Below the pieces are notes generated by a model that had not been told where the DNA came from, searched no databases, and saw only the letters and a list, made by a program, of their open reading frames with translations. Positions 7,444-16,596 of a stretch of 64,000 nucleotides of DNA are shown piece after piece. How positions within the stretch are numbered: position 1 is the first letter of the stretch; every line of letters begins with the position of its first letter. The position numbers were made by a program, and so were the translations under genes. The DNA is from a virus. Its lineage: Duplodnaviria; Caudoviricetes. The stretch lies in IMG/VR virus record IMGVR_UViG_3300013105_000005, positions 12,376 to 76,375 of that record. One strand, given 5' to 3'.

Positions 7444-10363
7444 GCAATCTTCAACCGCGCAGCCGCTGGTTTTCCTGCTGGTATTGACCAGCGATCATAT
7501 CAGCGGCGCGACCGGATTGACGCCGACCGTCACCCTCAGCAAAAACGGTGGCGCGTTCGCCTCGCCGTCTGGGGCGGTGACTGAAATATCCGCGGGTTGG
7601 TACAAGGTTGCGGGCAACGCGACGGATACGAACACGCTTGGACCGCTGCTCTTGCATGCGACTGGCACGGGCGCGGACCCAGTTGACCTGTATTATGATG
7701 TGGTGGCTTACGATCCGCAGGATGCAGTGGCCCTCGGCCTTTCGATGGTGCCGACGAACGTCAAGCAGATCAACGCGGTGGCCACAACAAGCGTTACCAC
7801 CGTCAACGCCAATCAGGGCACGACCCAGCCGCTCAACTTCACGGACACAGGCGCATCGGCGCTGGTCAAGGGCGATGCGATTGACGTTGGCAGCGTGGCA
7901 CAAACGGGCCGCGACCTTGGCGCATCGGTGCTGCTCAGCGCGGGGACGGGGACGGGGCAACTGGACTTCACGAGCGGCGTGGTCAAGAGCAGCCTCGTGC
8001 AAATCCTGGGCACGGCACTCACCGAAACCGCAGGGCAAATCGCAGCCGCGTTCAAGAAATTCTTCAACATCGCCACTCCGGCGAGCACGATGGATCATTT
8101 GACGTTGCTGGATACGGTGACAACCTACACGGGGAACACGCCGCAGACCGGCGATGGGTATGCGATTGTCAACAGTGGCAGCTTTGGAAATTCGGCACTG
8201 CTATCTGTGATCCAGAACGTCCAAAACAATACGTTCATCGCGACCTCGATCCCGTATACGTTGGAGCGCCCTGACAGCTCAAGCACTTCCATTTCGATCT
8301 CGATTGTTTTCTCGGATGAAACTGGTGCCGCAAAGAATCTGGATAGCGGAAGTCCGTCAATCACCCTGGTTAACGACGCCGGCACAGACCGCAGCGGACG
8401 GCTTGGATCAATCACTAACCCCGCGACTGGCAAGTACGTCGTTGCCTATACGAATACCTCCACCGACACAATTGAGGGTCTGCATTGGGACATCACAGGC
8501 ACTATCAACAGCAAGTTGCGGCGAATGGTGGCGTACACGCAGATAGTCGATACAACTGCGGTCGATTTCACTAGCAGCGATCGAACGAACCTGAATTCTG
8601 TTCTTTCGACTGTGACTACAAATCTCGATACTAATGTGGGTAGCCGTGCCAGCCCGACGAACATCACCGGCGGCACGATTACGACCGTCACCAATCTGAC
8701 CAATGCCCCGACCAATGGCGATTTCACGGCGACAATGAAAACGTCGCTCAACGCGGCAACGCCTGTGGCTCGCGAGGCGATCAATTACAGCATCTGCTAC
8801 GTGGATGCGACCAATGGCAATGACTCCAACGATGGCCTGACCTGGGCCAAAGCATTCAAGACTCTGAACGCGGCATTTCTCACGGCTGCCGTGAACTATG
8901 CTACCGTGGTACGGCTTGCCCCCGGCACTTATACCGTCGGCAACTGGTCGGACATGCCCGCTTATACGGGCATCACCTTGCAAGGTCCGCCCGACCGATC
9001 CGCAGTCCTCACCGGCAGCGTCAACCTTGCCAACAACGGCGTGCTCTATCCGCAGGCGGGATGGGTACTGCGCGATGTGACTGTTACCAACACCAACGCT
9101 GGAAGCTCGGCCTCCCCGCTCAACACGATCGCCATCTACATGACCGGCATCAACGATGTGACCTTCGAGCGGGTGACGATTGCCGCAACCGGAGGCGTCG
9201 GAATCTTTGCGAACAATTGCCAGCGATTGAAGATGATTGATGTGCAGGCATCGGGGATGCAGAACGGAATGCGCCTTGTCGGCTGCAACGGCTGGTTGAT
9301 TCGCCCGCGATGCACGGTCACTAACGGCTGGAACGGCAGCATTCCGTTGAGTATCAACAACAGCGGGGCACAGAACACCGAGCGCGAAATGATGCTGGTG
9401 GAGAATGTGCAGGCCATCAACGAAATCAACGTGCGCAATGCCACCACGGACGCGGCAACCCTGATTTACGGCGCCGAAGCATCCGGCTCAATGAACGTGC
9501 AATTCAGGGGTGGGCATATCCTGTGTCGGCGGCTGATTGCCCCAACCACGGGTACGGCGGATTGCCAGGGATTGATAGAGAGCGAAGGCGGCAAGATTAC
9601 GCTGTCGGATGGTGTGCTGATTGATGCTTATTCCATCGCGCCGGGGGCATCGACGTACGATATCAACACGGATGATAGCAGCGTGACGGATGGGCATGTG
9701 TATGCCGAGGTGGCCTATTTCACGACGACAACCGGGAGCCGGGCGATTGAGTATGCGCCGACGAGTTTTAACCCCACGGCAAATTCCAGCGTCGCCACGA
9801 CCCTTGCCCGCATCGGCACGCCGGCGGTGAGCGTGTCGGCGGATATCGCGACACGATTGGCCGCAAGTGCATACACCGCACCGGACAACGCGAATATCGG
9901 CGTTGCTGCGACTCAGGCGACCACGGCCGCGACCAATACGGGCACAATCCTCAACCGGCTTGGCGCGTGGACGGGCACGGGAATCAACAACGTGCTGGGC
10001 GCGTTCCGTGCTGCACTCAACAAGCTGGCGGGCCTGACTCCAACCGATCTGACAGCGGGCGGCGGCACGTTCGACAACACCGAAGATTCCCTCGAAGCGC
10101 AACACGATGCAGGCGCATCGGTCACGGTCGCCGGGTACGCACCAGGTCAAGACCCGGCAACGCTGGTGCTCGACGTGGCGGCATCCGGCCACAACACGGC
10201 GGGAACAATCGGCGCAAAGATCAACGCATCTGGCGCGTCGGGCGACCCGCTCGCGAACGACGTGCCTGGAGCTTATGCGCCGGGGACCGCAGGCTACAAG
10301 ATTGGCCATTCGTCGGACGTGGTAGAGATCATTCAGCGCAACGAAGTAATCGAGCAAACGTAA
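7430..10363 (+). CDS. Large virion fibre/spike protein with pectin lyase-like beta-helix
   Basis: YVDATNGNDSNDGLTWAKAFKTL...VRLAPGTY motif; 977 aa, T/A/G-rich. Confidence 0.75.
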   Translation: MPQLKQSSTAQPLVFLLVLTSDHISGATGLTPTVTLSKNGGAFASPSGAVTEISAGWYKVAGNATDTNTLGPLLLHATGTGADPVDLYYDVVAYDPQDAVALGLSMVPTNVKQINAVATTSVTTVNANQGTTQPLNFTDTGASALVKGDAIDVGSVAQTGRDLGASVLLSAGTGTGQLDFTSGVVKSSLVQILGTALTETAGQIAAAFKKFFNIATPASTMDHLTLLDTVTTYTGNTPQTGDGYAIVNSGSFGNSALLSVIQNVQNNTFIATSIPYTLERPDSSSTSISISIVFSDETGAAKNLDSGSPSITLVNDAGTDRSGRLGSITNPATGKYVVAYTNTSTDTIEGLHWDITGTINSKLRRMVAYTQIVDTTAVDFTSSDRTNLNSVLSTVTTNLDTNVGSRASPTNITGGTITTVTNLTNAPTNGDFTATMKTSLNAATPVAREAINYSICYVDATNGNDSNDGLTWAKAFKTLNAAFLTAAVNYATVVRLAPGTYTVGNWSDMPAYTGITLQGPPDRSAVLTGSVNLANNGVLYPQAGWVLRDVTVTNTNAGSSASPLNTIAIYMTGINDVTFERVTIAATGGVGIFANNCQRLKMIDVQASGMQNGMRLVGCNGWLIRPRCTVTNGWNGSIPLSINNSGAQNTEREMMLVENVQAINEINVRNATTDAATLIYGAEASGSMNVQFRGGHILCRRLIAPTTGTADCQGLIESEGGKITLSDGVLIDAYSIAPGASTYDINTDDSSVTDGHVYAEVAYFTTTTGSRAIEYAPTSFNPTANSSVATTLARIGTPAVSVSADIATRLAASAYTAPDNANIGVAATQATTAATNTGTILNRLGAWTGTGINNVLGAFRAALNKLAGLTPTDLTAGGGTFDNTEDSLEAQHDAGASVTVAGYAPGQDPATLVLDVAASGHNTAGTIGAKINASGASGDPLANDVPGAYAPGTAGYKIGHSSDVVEIIQRNEVIEQT

Positions 10364-11101
10364 GTGGCGACAGCTACCCTTACATTCCCAAGCCCCTTCC
10401 CGACTTCGGTCACGCTAACGGCGCTGACCCGTACCGACACCGGCGCGACAGTCTCTGGAAGCGTCACGCCCAACGGCAATGGCGTCTACACCATCAGCGT
10501 CACAGAGCCTGCCGCCGGTCTGGTCTATGCCTTCTCGCTGTCTGTGACGTGGGCCGATGGCAGTACAGCCTTCCCTTCTGGAACGATACAGGGGACCGCA
10601 CCACTCGCTGGCATCTACGGCGACCTGTCAGATATCGACGCAGAGATGGGTGAATTCAATCGCGGCGTTGCCGCTGATCCCGACCAGAGCGGTTCGACTC
10701 AGATCATTACCCAACACGAGCAAAAGGCGATTAACTTTGCCGACGCCTTTATCAACACGCGATTGTCCAACGCTGGCATGCCTACGCCGATGACGACCAA
10801 TCTCGATATTCTGCGCATCATCTTCGGCAAGTTGGGTGCATGGCAGCTTTATCGCATTCGCGGCTTGCAGGACGGCGACAAGGGCGACGACAAATTCGCC
10901 GAAAAATACAACTGGGCTGAGCGAGAGTTGATGCGGCTGATTCGCGCCGCATTCATCAACGGAACGATCGGCAGCACCGGTATTCCGCAGTCAATCGCTC
11001 CGACGGTCGATGTGTACGGCAACCCGCTGGTGACCACGCTTACACCGCTGCCGCGTCAGTTGTTCCCGCTGGGATGGAATGCGTGGGGATTCGCTTGGTA
11101 G
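10364..11101 (+). CDS. Head-tail adaptor (Mu gp36/DUF1320-like) with N-terminal beta-sandwich domain
   Basis: AINFADAFINTRL...LRIIFGKLGAWQLY...KYNWAERELMRL matches the gp36 pattern. Confidence 0.65.
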   Translation: MATATLTFPSPFPTSVTLTALTRTDTGATVSGSVTPNGNGVYTISVTEPAAGLVYAFSLSVTWADGSTAFPSGTIQGTAPLAGIYGDLSDIDAEMGEFNRGVAADPDQSGSTQIITQHEQKAINFADAFINTRLSNAGMPTPMTTNLDILRIIFGKLGAWQLYRIRGLQDGDKGDDKFAEKYNWAERELMRLIRAAFINGTIGSTGIPQSIAPTVDVYGNPLVTTLTPLPRQLFPLGWNAWGFAW

Positions 11102-11113
11102 TAAGGCTGTCAT

Positions 11114-11686
11114 GTGGCAAAGCAAAAGAACAAAGGTGGAAGACCGCGCAAGGAAATACCGGAAGCGGTACGCAAGATCATTCTTGGCTTGATAGGTGCG
11201 GGCGACAGCGATAATCGAGTCCAGAAAATTACCCACGTACAGCCTCGTGAATGGAAGCGTCTTGCGGCAGAGAACGAGGGTTTTGCAGAGCTATTAGATA
11301 GGGCCGAGGAACAACGTGACGGTGGACTCGCGAATACACTTCGCGAGTCGATGATTAACCAGATTAAAAAGGGTCATCCGTGGTGGGCCAAACTGGCTAT
11401 CCACAATTACAACGTCTTGCTCAAAGACCCGGACGTAATCGGGGCTGCGAAGGTCAAGAAGTTACTCGAACAAGCCAAGCAGCATGATGACCCATCCGCC
11501 TACGTTGAAACTAACCCGTCGCTGGCTGCCGTTGCGTTTCCACCCGGAGCAATGCCGTCTGGAGGAATCGGACGCCCGATTCAAAATAGTCCCAGCGGGA
11601 CGGCGCAGCGGGAAAACGGAAATAGCCAAGCGGATGCTGGTAAAAAAGCTTTGGGAGATGAAAACCACGAGCCGCCCGTGGAGTGA
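11114..11686 (+). CDS. terS: Terminase small subunit
   Basis: GGRP N-terminal motif, HTH-like region, position before TerL. Confidence 0.65.
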   Translation: MAKQKNKGGRPRKEIPEAVRKIILGLIGAGDSDNRVQKITHVQPREWKRLAAENEGFAELLDRAEEQRDGGLANTLRESMINQIKKGHPWWAKLAIHNYNVLLKDPDVIGAAKVKKLLEQAKQHDDPSAYVETNPSLAAVAFPPGAMPSGGIGRPIQNSPSGTAQRENGNSQADAGKKALGDENHEPPVE

Positions 11687-12797
11687 TCCGCGATACTTTG
11701 CAGCAGCGCCGACGCGAGATCAGGCCAAGCGAATCTTCTGGAGCGATCTAAAGCGATTGGTGCCGCCGTATTGGAAACTCTCCACCTGCGAAACAGACCT
11801 GCGCATCACAACCAAATGGGGTGCGGAACTTTGGGTAGTCGGCCTCGACAAAGCCGAGCGCGTCGAGGGTACGCCGTGGGATGGATGCGTGATAGACGAG
11901 TTGGCCAACTGCAAGTCGGGAATTTGGGATGCCAACATTCGCCCCGCGCTGTCAGACCGGAAGGGATGGGCCTGGCTGATTGGCGTGCCGGATTTCGACG
12001 GGCCAAGTCAGGTTGAGTACGCTCGAATGTACGACATGGCACGCACTGGCCAAGACCCGGAATGGGCTGGTTTTAATTGGGGATCGGCCGACATTCTCCC
12101 GGCGTCTGAGGTGGAATCGGCTCGTCGCACGATGGATGCAACTCTGTTTGACCAGGAGTTCGGCGGAGTCTTTGTAAAACCCGGTGGCTTAGCATTCATG
12201 GACTTTGATTCGGCAACCCACGTGCGCGACGATATCGCAACCTACGATCCGAGTCTCCCGCTGTGCTGGTCACTGGATTTCAACGTAGACCCGTTCTGCA
12301 CTGGCGTCATTCAGCATCACCAAGGCAAAGTGCGTGTAATCGCCGAAGTCATTACCCGCGACAGCAGCACGCCGGTCATGGTCAATGCCTTCCTCGAACG
12401 GGCGCAGCACGAGGGTTGGAACCTGCGGGACCTGAGAATATACGGTGATGCAACCGGCAACGCCCGTGATACAACCAGCGGAGAATCGGACTGGGCAATC
12501 GTACGGCGAATGCTCCGTGAGTACGAGCCAAAGTACAAGGTTCCCGTTTCTCCGTGGCCAATTAAGGATACGCTCAATAGTGTGCGCGCAAAGCTGAAGA
12601 ATGCCGCTGGGGAAGTAAGCCTCTGGATCAATTCGTCTTGCCGCCAGCTCATCGCAGACTTCGGAAACCTTTTGTGGCCGTCCGATCTTTCCGAAGGTCA
12701 TTGCGTGGCGTGGCTGCGATATTTCTCGCAATGGGAATATCCGGTTCGCGTGATTCATCGTGCCCCTCTGTTCGGCGGCTCCGCACTCGCCAGTTAA
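11484..12797 (+). CDS. terL: Terminase large subunit
   Basis: Walker A AGRRSGKT, Walker B CVIDE, nuclease SLDFN and IYGDATG motifs. Confidence 0.95.
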   Translation: MMTHPPTLKLTRRWLPLRFHPEQCRLEESDARFKIVPAGRRSGKTEIAKRMLVKKLWEMKTTSRPWSDPRYFAAAPTRDQAKRIFWSDLKRLVPPYWKLSTCETDLRITTKWGAELWVVGLDKAERVEGTPWDGCVIDELANCKSGIWDANIRPALSDRKGWAWLIGVPDFDGPSQVEYARMYDMARTGQDPEWAGFNWGSADILPASEVESARRTMDATLFDQEFGGVFVKPGGLAFMDFDSATHVRDDIATYDPSLPLCWSLDFNVDPFCTGVIQHHQGKVRVIAEVITRDSSTPVMVNAFLERAQHEGWNLRDLRIYGDATGNARDTTSGESDWAIVRRMLREYEPKYKVPVSPWPIKDTLNSVRAKLKNAAGEVSLWINSSCRQLIADFGNLLWPSDLSEGHCVAWLRYFSQWEYPVRVIHRAPLFGGSALAS

Positions 12798-12800
12798 TCC

Positions 12801-14345
12801 ATGTCCTCGTTTAGTTGGTACAACCCGCTCACCTGGGGCTACGGCTGGATAAACGCCGCCGCCACGGTAGACCAGCCTGCGCCACAGTCACCCGTCAAGC
12901 AGGGCGAGTCCGACCCGCTCAAGAGGACGCCCTACTACTTCGGCGCTGGCGGCGTCGGGGTGCTCGGTCAGTTCCCGCCGTACGTCGATGCACCGCCTCT
13001 GACGGACAACACGATGCGGGCCATGTCGATGCATTCGACACTCGCATTCCTGTTTGCAAACATCGTTAAGCCGATCAGTGCATCGACCTATACCGTCGAG
13101 GTCAACCCGGCGATGGCCGAAAAACCGGGCATGGCCGAGAAACTGGAGAAGCGCAAGAAGTATATCGAGGCGGCATTCAAGCCGATTACAATGGGGGCGA
13201 TTCGCTCGGCATGCCGCGCTCTGCAATTTGGCCGCTGGACACAGGAGAGTATTTTCGATCGGGTCGATGGCTTCACCGTGCCGGTTCGCTTCAAGAGCTT
13301 TCTTCCGTGGGAAGTGCAGTTGCTTCGCGATCCCTACAACGACTTTGCCGGTGTCCGCTACCAAGGGACCGAGCGCGATGCGCGGTACATCTACCATCAC
13401 GTCAATGACCCTGAGATGGACCCGATCTTCGGCTACTCGCGGCACGGTAACGTCCTGCCGGAGTGGTGGCACAAGTTGCAGGATGCCGTTGAGCTTTCGC
13501 GATTGAGCAAAAAGGCCGCAAGCATCGTCCCGATCGTCAAAGGTCCGAGCGGCAAACGCCCCGACGTAGATGGTTCGATGAAAGACGGGCTGACCATCTG
13601 TAAGGGCATTGCCGCCGCATTGTCGCGAGGCGAACCTGTCTACATGCCGCAGTATCTGTTCGAGGAAGAGGGCATTAATCCGAGCAATGCGGACATCACC
13701 AAGTTCACCGCCTTCGACATCGACACGGTTGACCTAGGGGAACAGGGACCGGCGATGATGGCGCTGTTGGAGAAGATGGCATACGAGGACGTGTCATTCT
13801 CTCGCGGCTGGCACCAGCCCGAGCGTGCCAGCATGGAAGGCCAGCACGGCACGAAGGCTGAGGCGGGCGTACATAAAGCGGGGAGCACGGAAGATTCAGA
13901 GACGGTCTTCCGTGATATCATCGACTCATTCAATCGCGGCCCGCTTGACCAGACGCTGATTGCCAACGACGGACCCGAGGCAAAAGGATCAATCTTCTTC
14001 AAGGCCGCTCAGCTTCAAGACCCCGACAAAGCGTTCAAGCAGGATCTGCTCAAGGCGGGCATCACGAATGCGAACGCCGCACCGGAGATTCTGGCGAGCA
14101 TCGACCAGCGGAAACTCATGGATGAAGCGGAATTGCCGCTGAAGTCAGAGGAGGACGCGGACGCCGCGCTCGAGGAAATCCAGCAGAAGAACGAGGCGCA
14201 ACAACAGCAGAAGCTTGAGGCGATGAGGCGGGCGAATGGGAACGGATCTCCCAACGGCAAGAAGCCAGCGATAGCCGCATCGGCGGACGGGCGTTACACT
14301 GCGCTGGCGAGCAGGCTGGCGCGGTATCTGGACGATGACGAATGA
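12801..14345 (+). CDS. Portal protein (Mu gp29/DUF935-like)
   Basis: 514 aa immediately after TerL; P.FGYS motif, coiled C-terminus. Confidence 0.8.
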   Translation: MSSFSWYNPLTWGYGWINAAATVDQPAPQSPVKQGESDPLKRTPYYFGAGGVGVLGQFPPYVDAPPLTDNTMRAMSMHSTLAFLFANIVKPISASTYTVEVNPAMAEKPGMAEKLEKRKKYIEAAFKPITMGAIRSACRALQFGRWTQESIFDRVDGFTVPVRFKSFLPWEVQLLRDPYNDFAGVRYQGTERDARYIYHHVNDPEMDPIFGYSRHGNVLPEWWHKLQDAVELSRLSKKAASIVPIVKGPSGKRPDVDGSMKDGLTICKGIAAALSRGEPVYMPQYLFEEEGINPSNADITKFTAFDIDTVDLGEQGPAMMALLEKMAYEDVSFSRGWHQPERASMEGQHGTKAEAGVHKAGSTEDSETVFRDIIDSFNRGPLDQTLIANDGPEAKGSIFFKAAQLQDPDKAFKQDLLKAGITNANAAPEILASIDQRKLMDEAELPLKSEEDADAALEEIQQKNEAQQQQKLEAMRRANGNGSPNGKKPAIAASADGRYTALASRLARYLDDDE

Positions 14346-14584
14346 ACCAAAAAATAGAACCAACCTTGCGAGGACGTACCCGCGACGATCTGGTTGCTGA
14401 GTGCGCACGGATTCTCAGTTGTGATTCATGGGATGATAATTCCGTGATGAACGCCGCCGAACGCTTGGCAGACTTGTTGCGCGAGATTTCTGGCAACACT
14501 GGACAAGTTCGCGACGGCGAAACCAGCGACGAACGCAAGCAGCGTGTTTGGCAAATAGCCGTACAACACGGTCAACAGATATGA
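14342..14584 (+). CDS. Hypothetical protein inserted in the head module
   Basis: ATGA overlaps; lower GC. Confidence 0.45.
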   Translation: MNQKIEPTLRGRTRDDLVAECARILSCDSWDDNSVMNAAERLADLLREISGNTGQVRDGETSDERKQRVWQIAVQHGQQI

Positions 14585-14964
14585 CGCACGCGACCAAGCC
14601 ACGCAACGAACGCGCACGCGGCACCACCGATGAGAATATAGTCGCACTGGTCGAGTCGGCGCGCCGTTTTGTTCACGCCGCCGATGAGTTCATGCCGGAA
14701 TGCCGTGAAGCGGTTGGCGAGTATCTTTCGGAACTGATTGACGACGTTGACCATCTTGGGGACGCATTAGAAGCGAGCGAACACGCTATCACCGCAACAG
14801 AAATGTCGGACCAGCAGAGAAAAGAAGATGCACTGCAAATTCTTAAAACAGCCATTCAGCAAATAGAAACTTTGCGGTGCGCAGCAAACGTCTCAGGATA
14901 TCCCAAAGACGGCGATACAGAACTATTTCATTTTTACGATGTTGAGTTGTCGCCAGCAAAATGA
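14581..14964 (+). CDS. Hypothetical protein inserted in the head module
   Basis: ATGA overlaps; lower GC. Confidence 0.5.
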   Translation: MTHATKPRNERARGTTDENIVALVESARRFVHAADEFMPECREAVGEYLSELIDDVDHLGDALEASEHAITATEMSDQQRKEDALQILKTAIQQIETLRCAANVSGYPKDGDTELFHFYDVELSPAK

Positions 14965-15797
14965 CCCCCGCCGAACAATTCAACCGCGTTGAACGCGAAC
15001 GCCGTCAGCGTGAAGCCGAGCTATTGGCGTTGCTGCTGCTACTGACCACTGGGGCACGTCGCTACGCCGCCAGCGCCATTCGCCACGGTCTGTCACCGAC
15101 CGAAGCGATTACCCGGCACGTCATGGGACACGCGCCGCTTGACCTGCGTGGGGCGGCAAGGCCAATCGCCAAGGCCATGCTCGAAGCACACAGCAACGCC
15201 GTGAGTCGGGTGGAAAAGCTAGTGAATGTGGAATTAAAGTTCTCTCCTGCCGCAGAGCAGCAATTCGTCCGGTACTACGCCAATGCCGCGCAGGAGTACG
15301 CCGCGACCATCAACCGCCAATTGGTCAAGGCTGTCGCTGAAGCACAGCGAATCGGTATCGCCGAAGGGCATAACGTCGTTGAGCAGGTGCGCGATCTTCG
15401 CGATGCGTTTGACGCGGCGGGGATGAGTCCTGACCACCCGCACCGGCTGGATGGGATTGCAACTAAGGCGGTGCTTGAAGCGGATGGAGGAGGGACGGCA
15501 GCGGCGATTGAAGAGCCAGAAGCGAAAGAGCAAATCACGGCATTGACGCATTACTCAGTGATTGACCCTGGCACAACGAAAATCTGCCGGGCGAGGAAGG
15601 GAATCACGCTACCGCCAGACGCGGAGTATTGGACCCGGAATTATCCTATGCTTCACGAAGGATGCAGGTCCGCTGTGCTTCCGAGAATTGGTGCTGTGAA
15701 GTTCAAGGAACCGCCTGAGATCCTGCCCGCGCCGACGCCCGGCTTTGGTGTTGCGCCGTGGGTCACTGGTCTGACGCGGGGGCCGCTGGCGGCATAG
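14961..15797 (+). CDS. Head morphogenesis / minor capsid protein (Mu gpF/SPP1 gp7-like)
   Basis: YSVIDPGTTKICR...G...P.LHEGCRS motif. Confidence 0.85.
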   Translation: MTPAEQFNRVERERRQREAELLALLLLLTTGARRYAASAIRHGLSPTEAITRHVMGHAPLDLRGAARPIAKAMLEAHSNAVSRVEKLVNVELKFSPAAEQQFVRYYANAAQEYAATINRQLVKAVAEAQRIGIAEGHNVVEQVRDLRDAFDAAGMSPDHPHRLDGIATKAVLEADGGGTAAAIEEPEAKEQITALTHYSVIDPGTTKICRARKGITLPPDAEYWTRNYPMLHEGCRSAVLPRIGAVKFKEPPEILPAPTPGFGVAPWVTGLTRGPLAA

Positions 15798-15798
15798 G

Positions 15799-16098
15799 TT
15801 ATGGGCGCAGCCAGGGGGGAGCGCATTCAAGCGAATGGCGAATCCTCCACTGCTTAAACGCCTCCCTGCATTCTTCCGCCGAATGCGTCTTCCCCGGACA
15901 TGCTGGACAGGTCCAGTCAACGAACGAGCCGGAGAGAGCATCAGCAAGATAATTGTATTCCCTGCCGCACGGGCATTTGATGATGCAGGTGTATTTGGCT
16001 TCTGGGACTTTGTGCCCGGTTTCTTTGAGCACCGCCCGCATATCTTCGACTGGCGTGGCAGTCGTTGCATCGCGCCATCCGGTCGATCCTGCGACCAA
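15799..16098 (-). CDS. Hypothetical Cys-containing protein (moron)
   Basis: CPCG and CPAC motifs; antisense to the late operon. Confidence 0.45.
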   Translation of the reverse strand: MVAGSTGWRDATTATPVEDMRAVLKETGHKVPEAKYTCIIKCPCGREYNYLADALSGSFVDWTCPACPGKTHSAEECREAFKQWRIRHSLECAPPWLRP

Positions 16099-16194
16099 TG
16101 AACTTGGAGCTACTGCCCTTTGCGGAGGCTGGACCCATTCGACGCGAATTTCGCGAATTGATTTGGCATTCCCGCATTCTACGGCAGATTTGTC

Positions 16195-16455
16195 TCAGGT
16201 CACAGGCTGCATAGTGTCAGCCCGATATGTGTAGGTCATTCCTGTCGGCAGCATGATTGAAACCTCAGACGCATGCGAGCGATCCCATTGCCCGGTGATG
16301 CATCTTGCACATTGTTCGCACAGCTTCACTTTCAAGCCATCCAAATCTGTCGCGCACGTTGCTTTGTTGAAGCACCTGTGGCCGACAGGATCGCCGCCGA
16401 TGTGTCTGTTTTGGTCGATTAGTGCATCGCAGAGGAGTAGGACAATCGTTTCCAT
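16195..16455 (-). CDS. Hypothetical Cys-containing protein (moron)
   Basis: CEQCARC motif; antisense to the late operon. Confidence 0.4.
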   Translation of the reverse strand: METIVLLLCDALIDQNRHIGGDPVGHRCFNKATCATDLDGLKVKLCEQCARCITGQWDRSHASEVSIMLPTGMTYTYRADTMQPVT

Positions 16456-16596
16456 CCGCGCATTCTACCACAACGCGCGTGAGTTTTACGGCTCAAGATG
16501 TTTCCGCTCGGCCAACAGCCAGAAGAAGAATACGACGCAGACAATCAGTCCAAAGATAATCGGTACGTAGTCCATCCTCACATTCTACCACAAGCC

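Noticed and set aside
3709-10363. Diversity-generating retroelement targeting the fibre genes
   Set aside because: No reverse transcriptase and no template/variable repeat pair seen in the window
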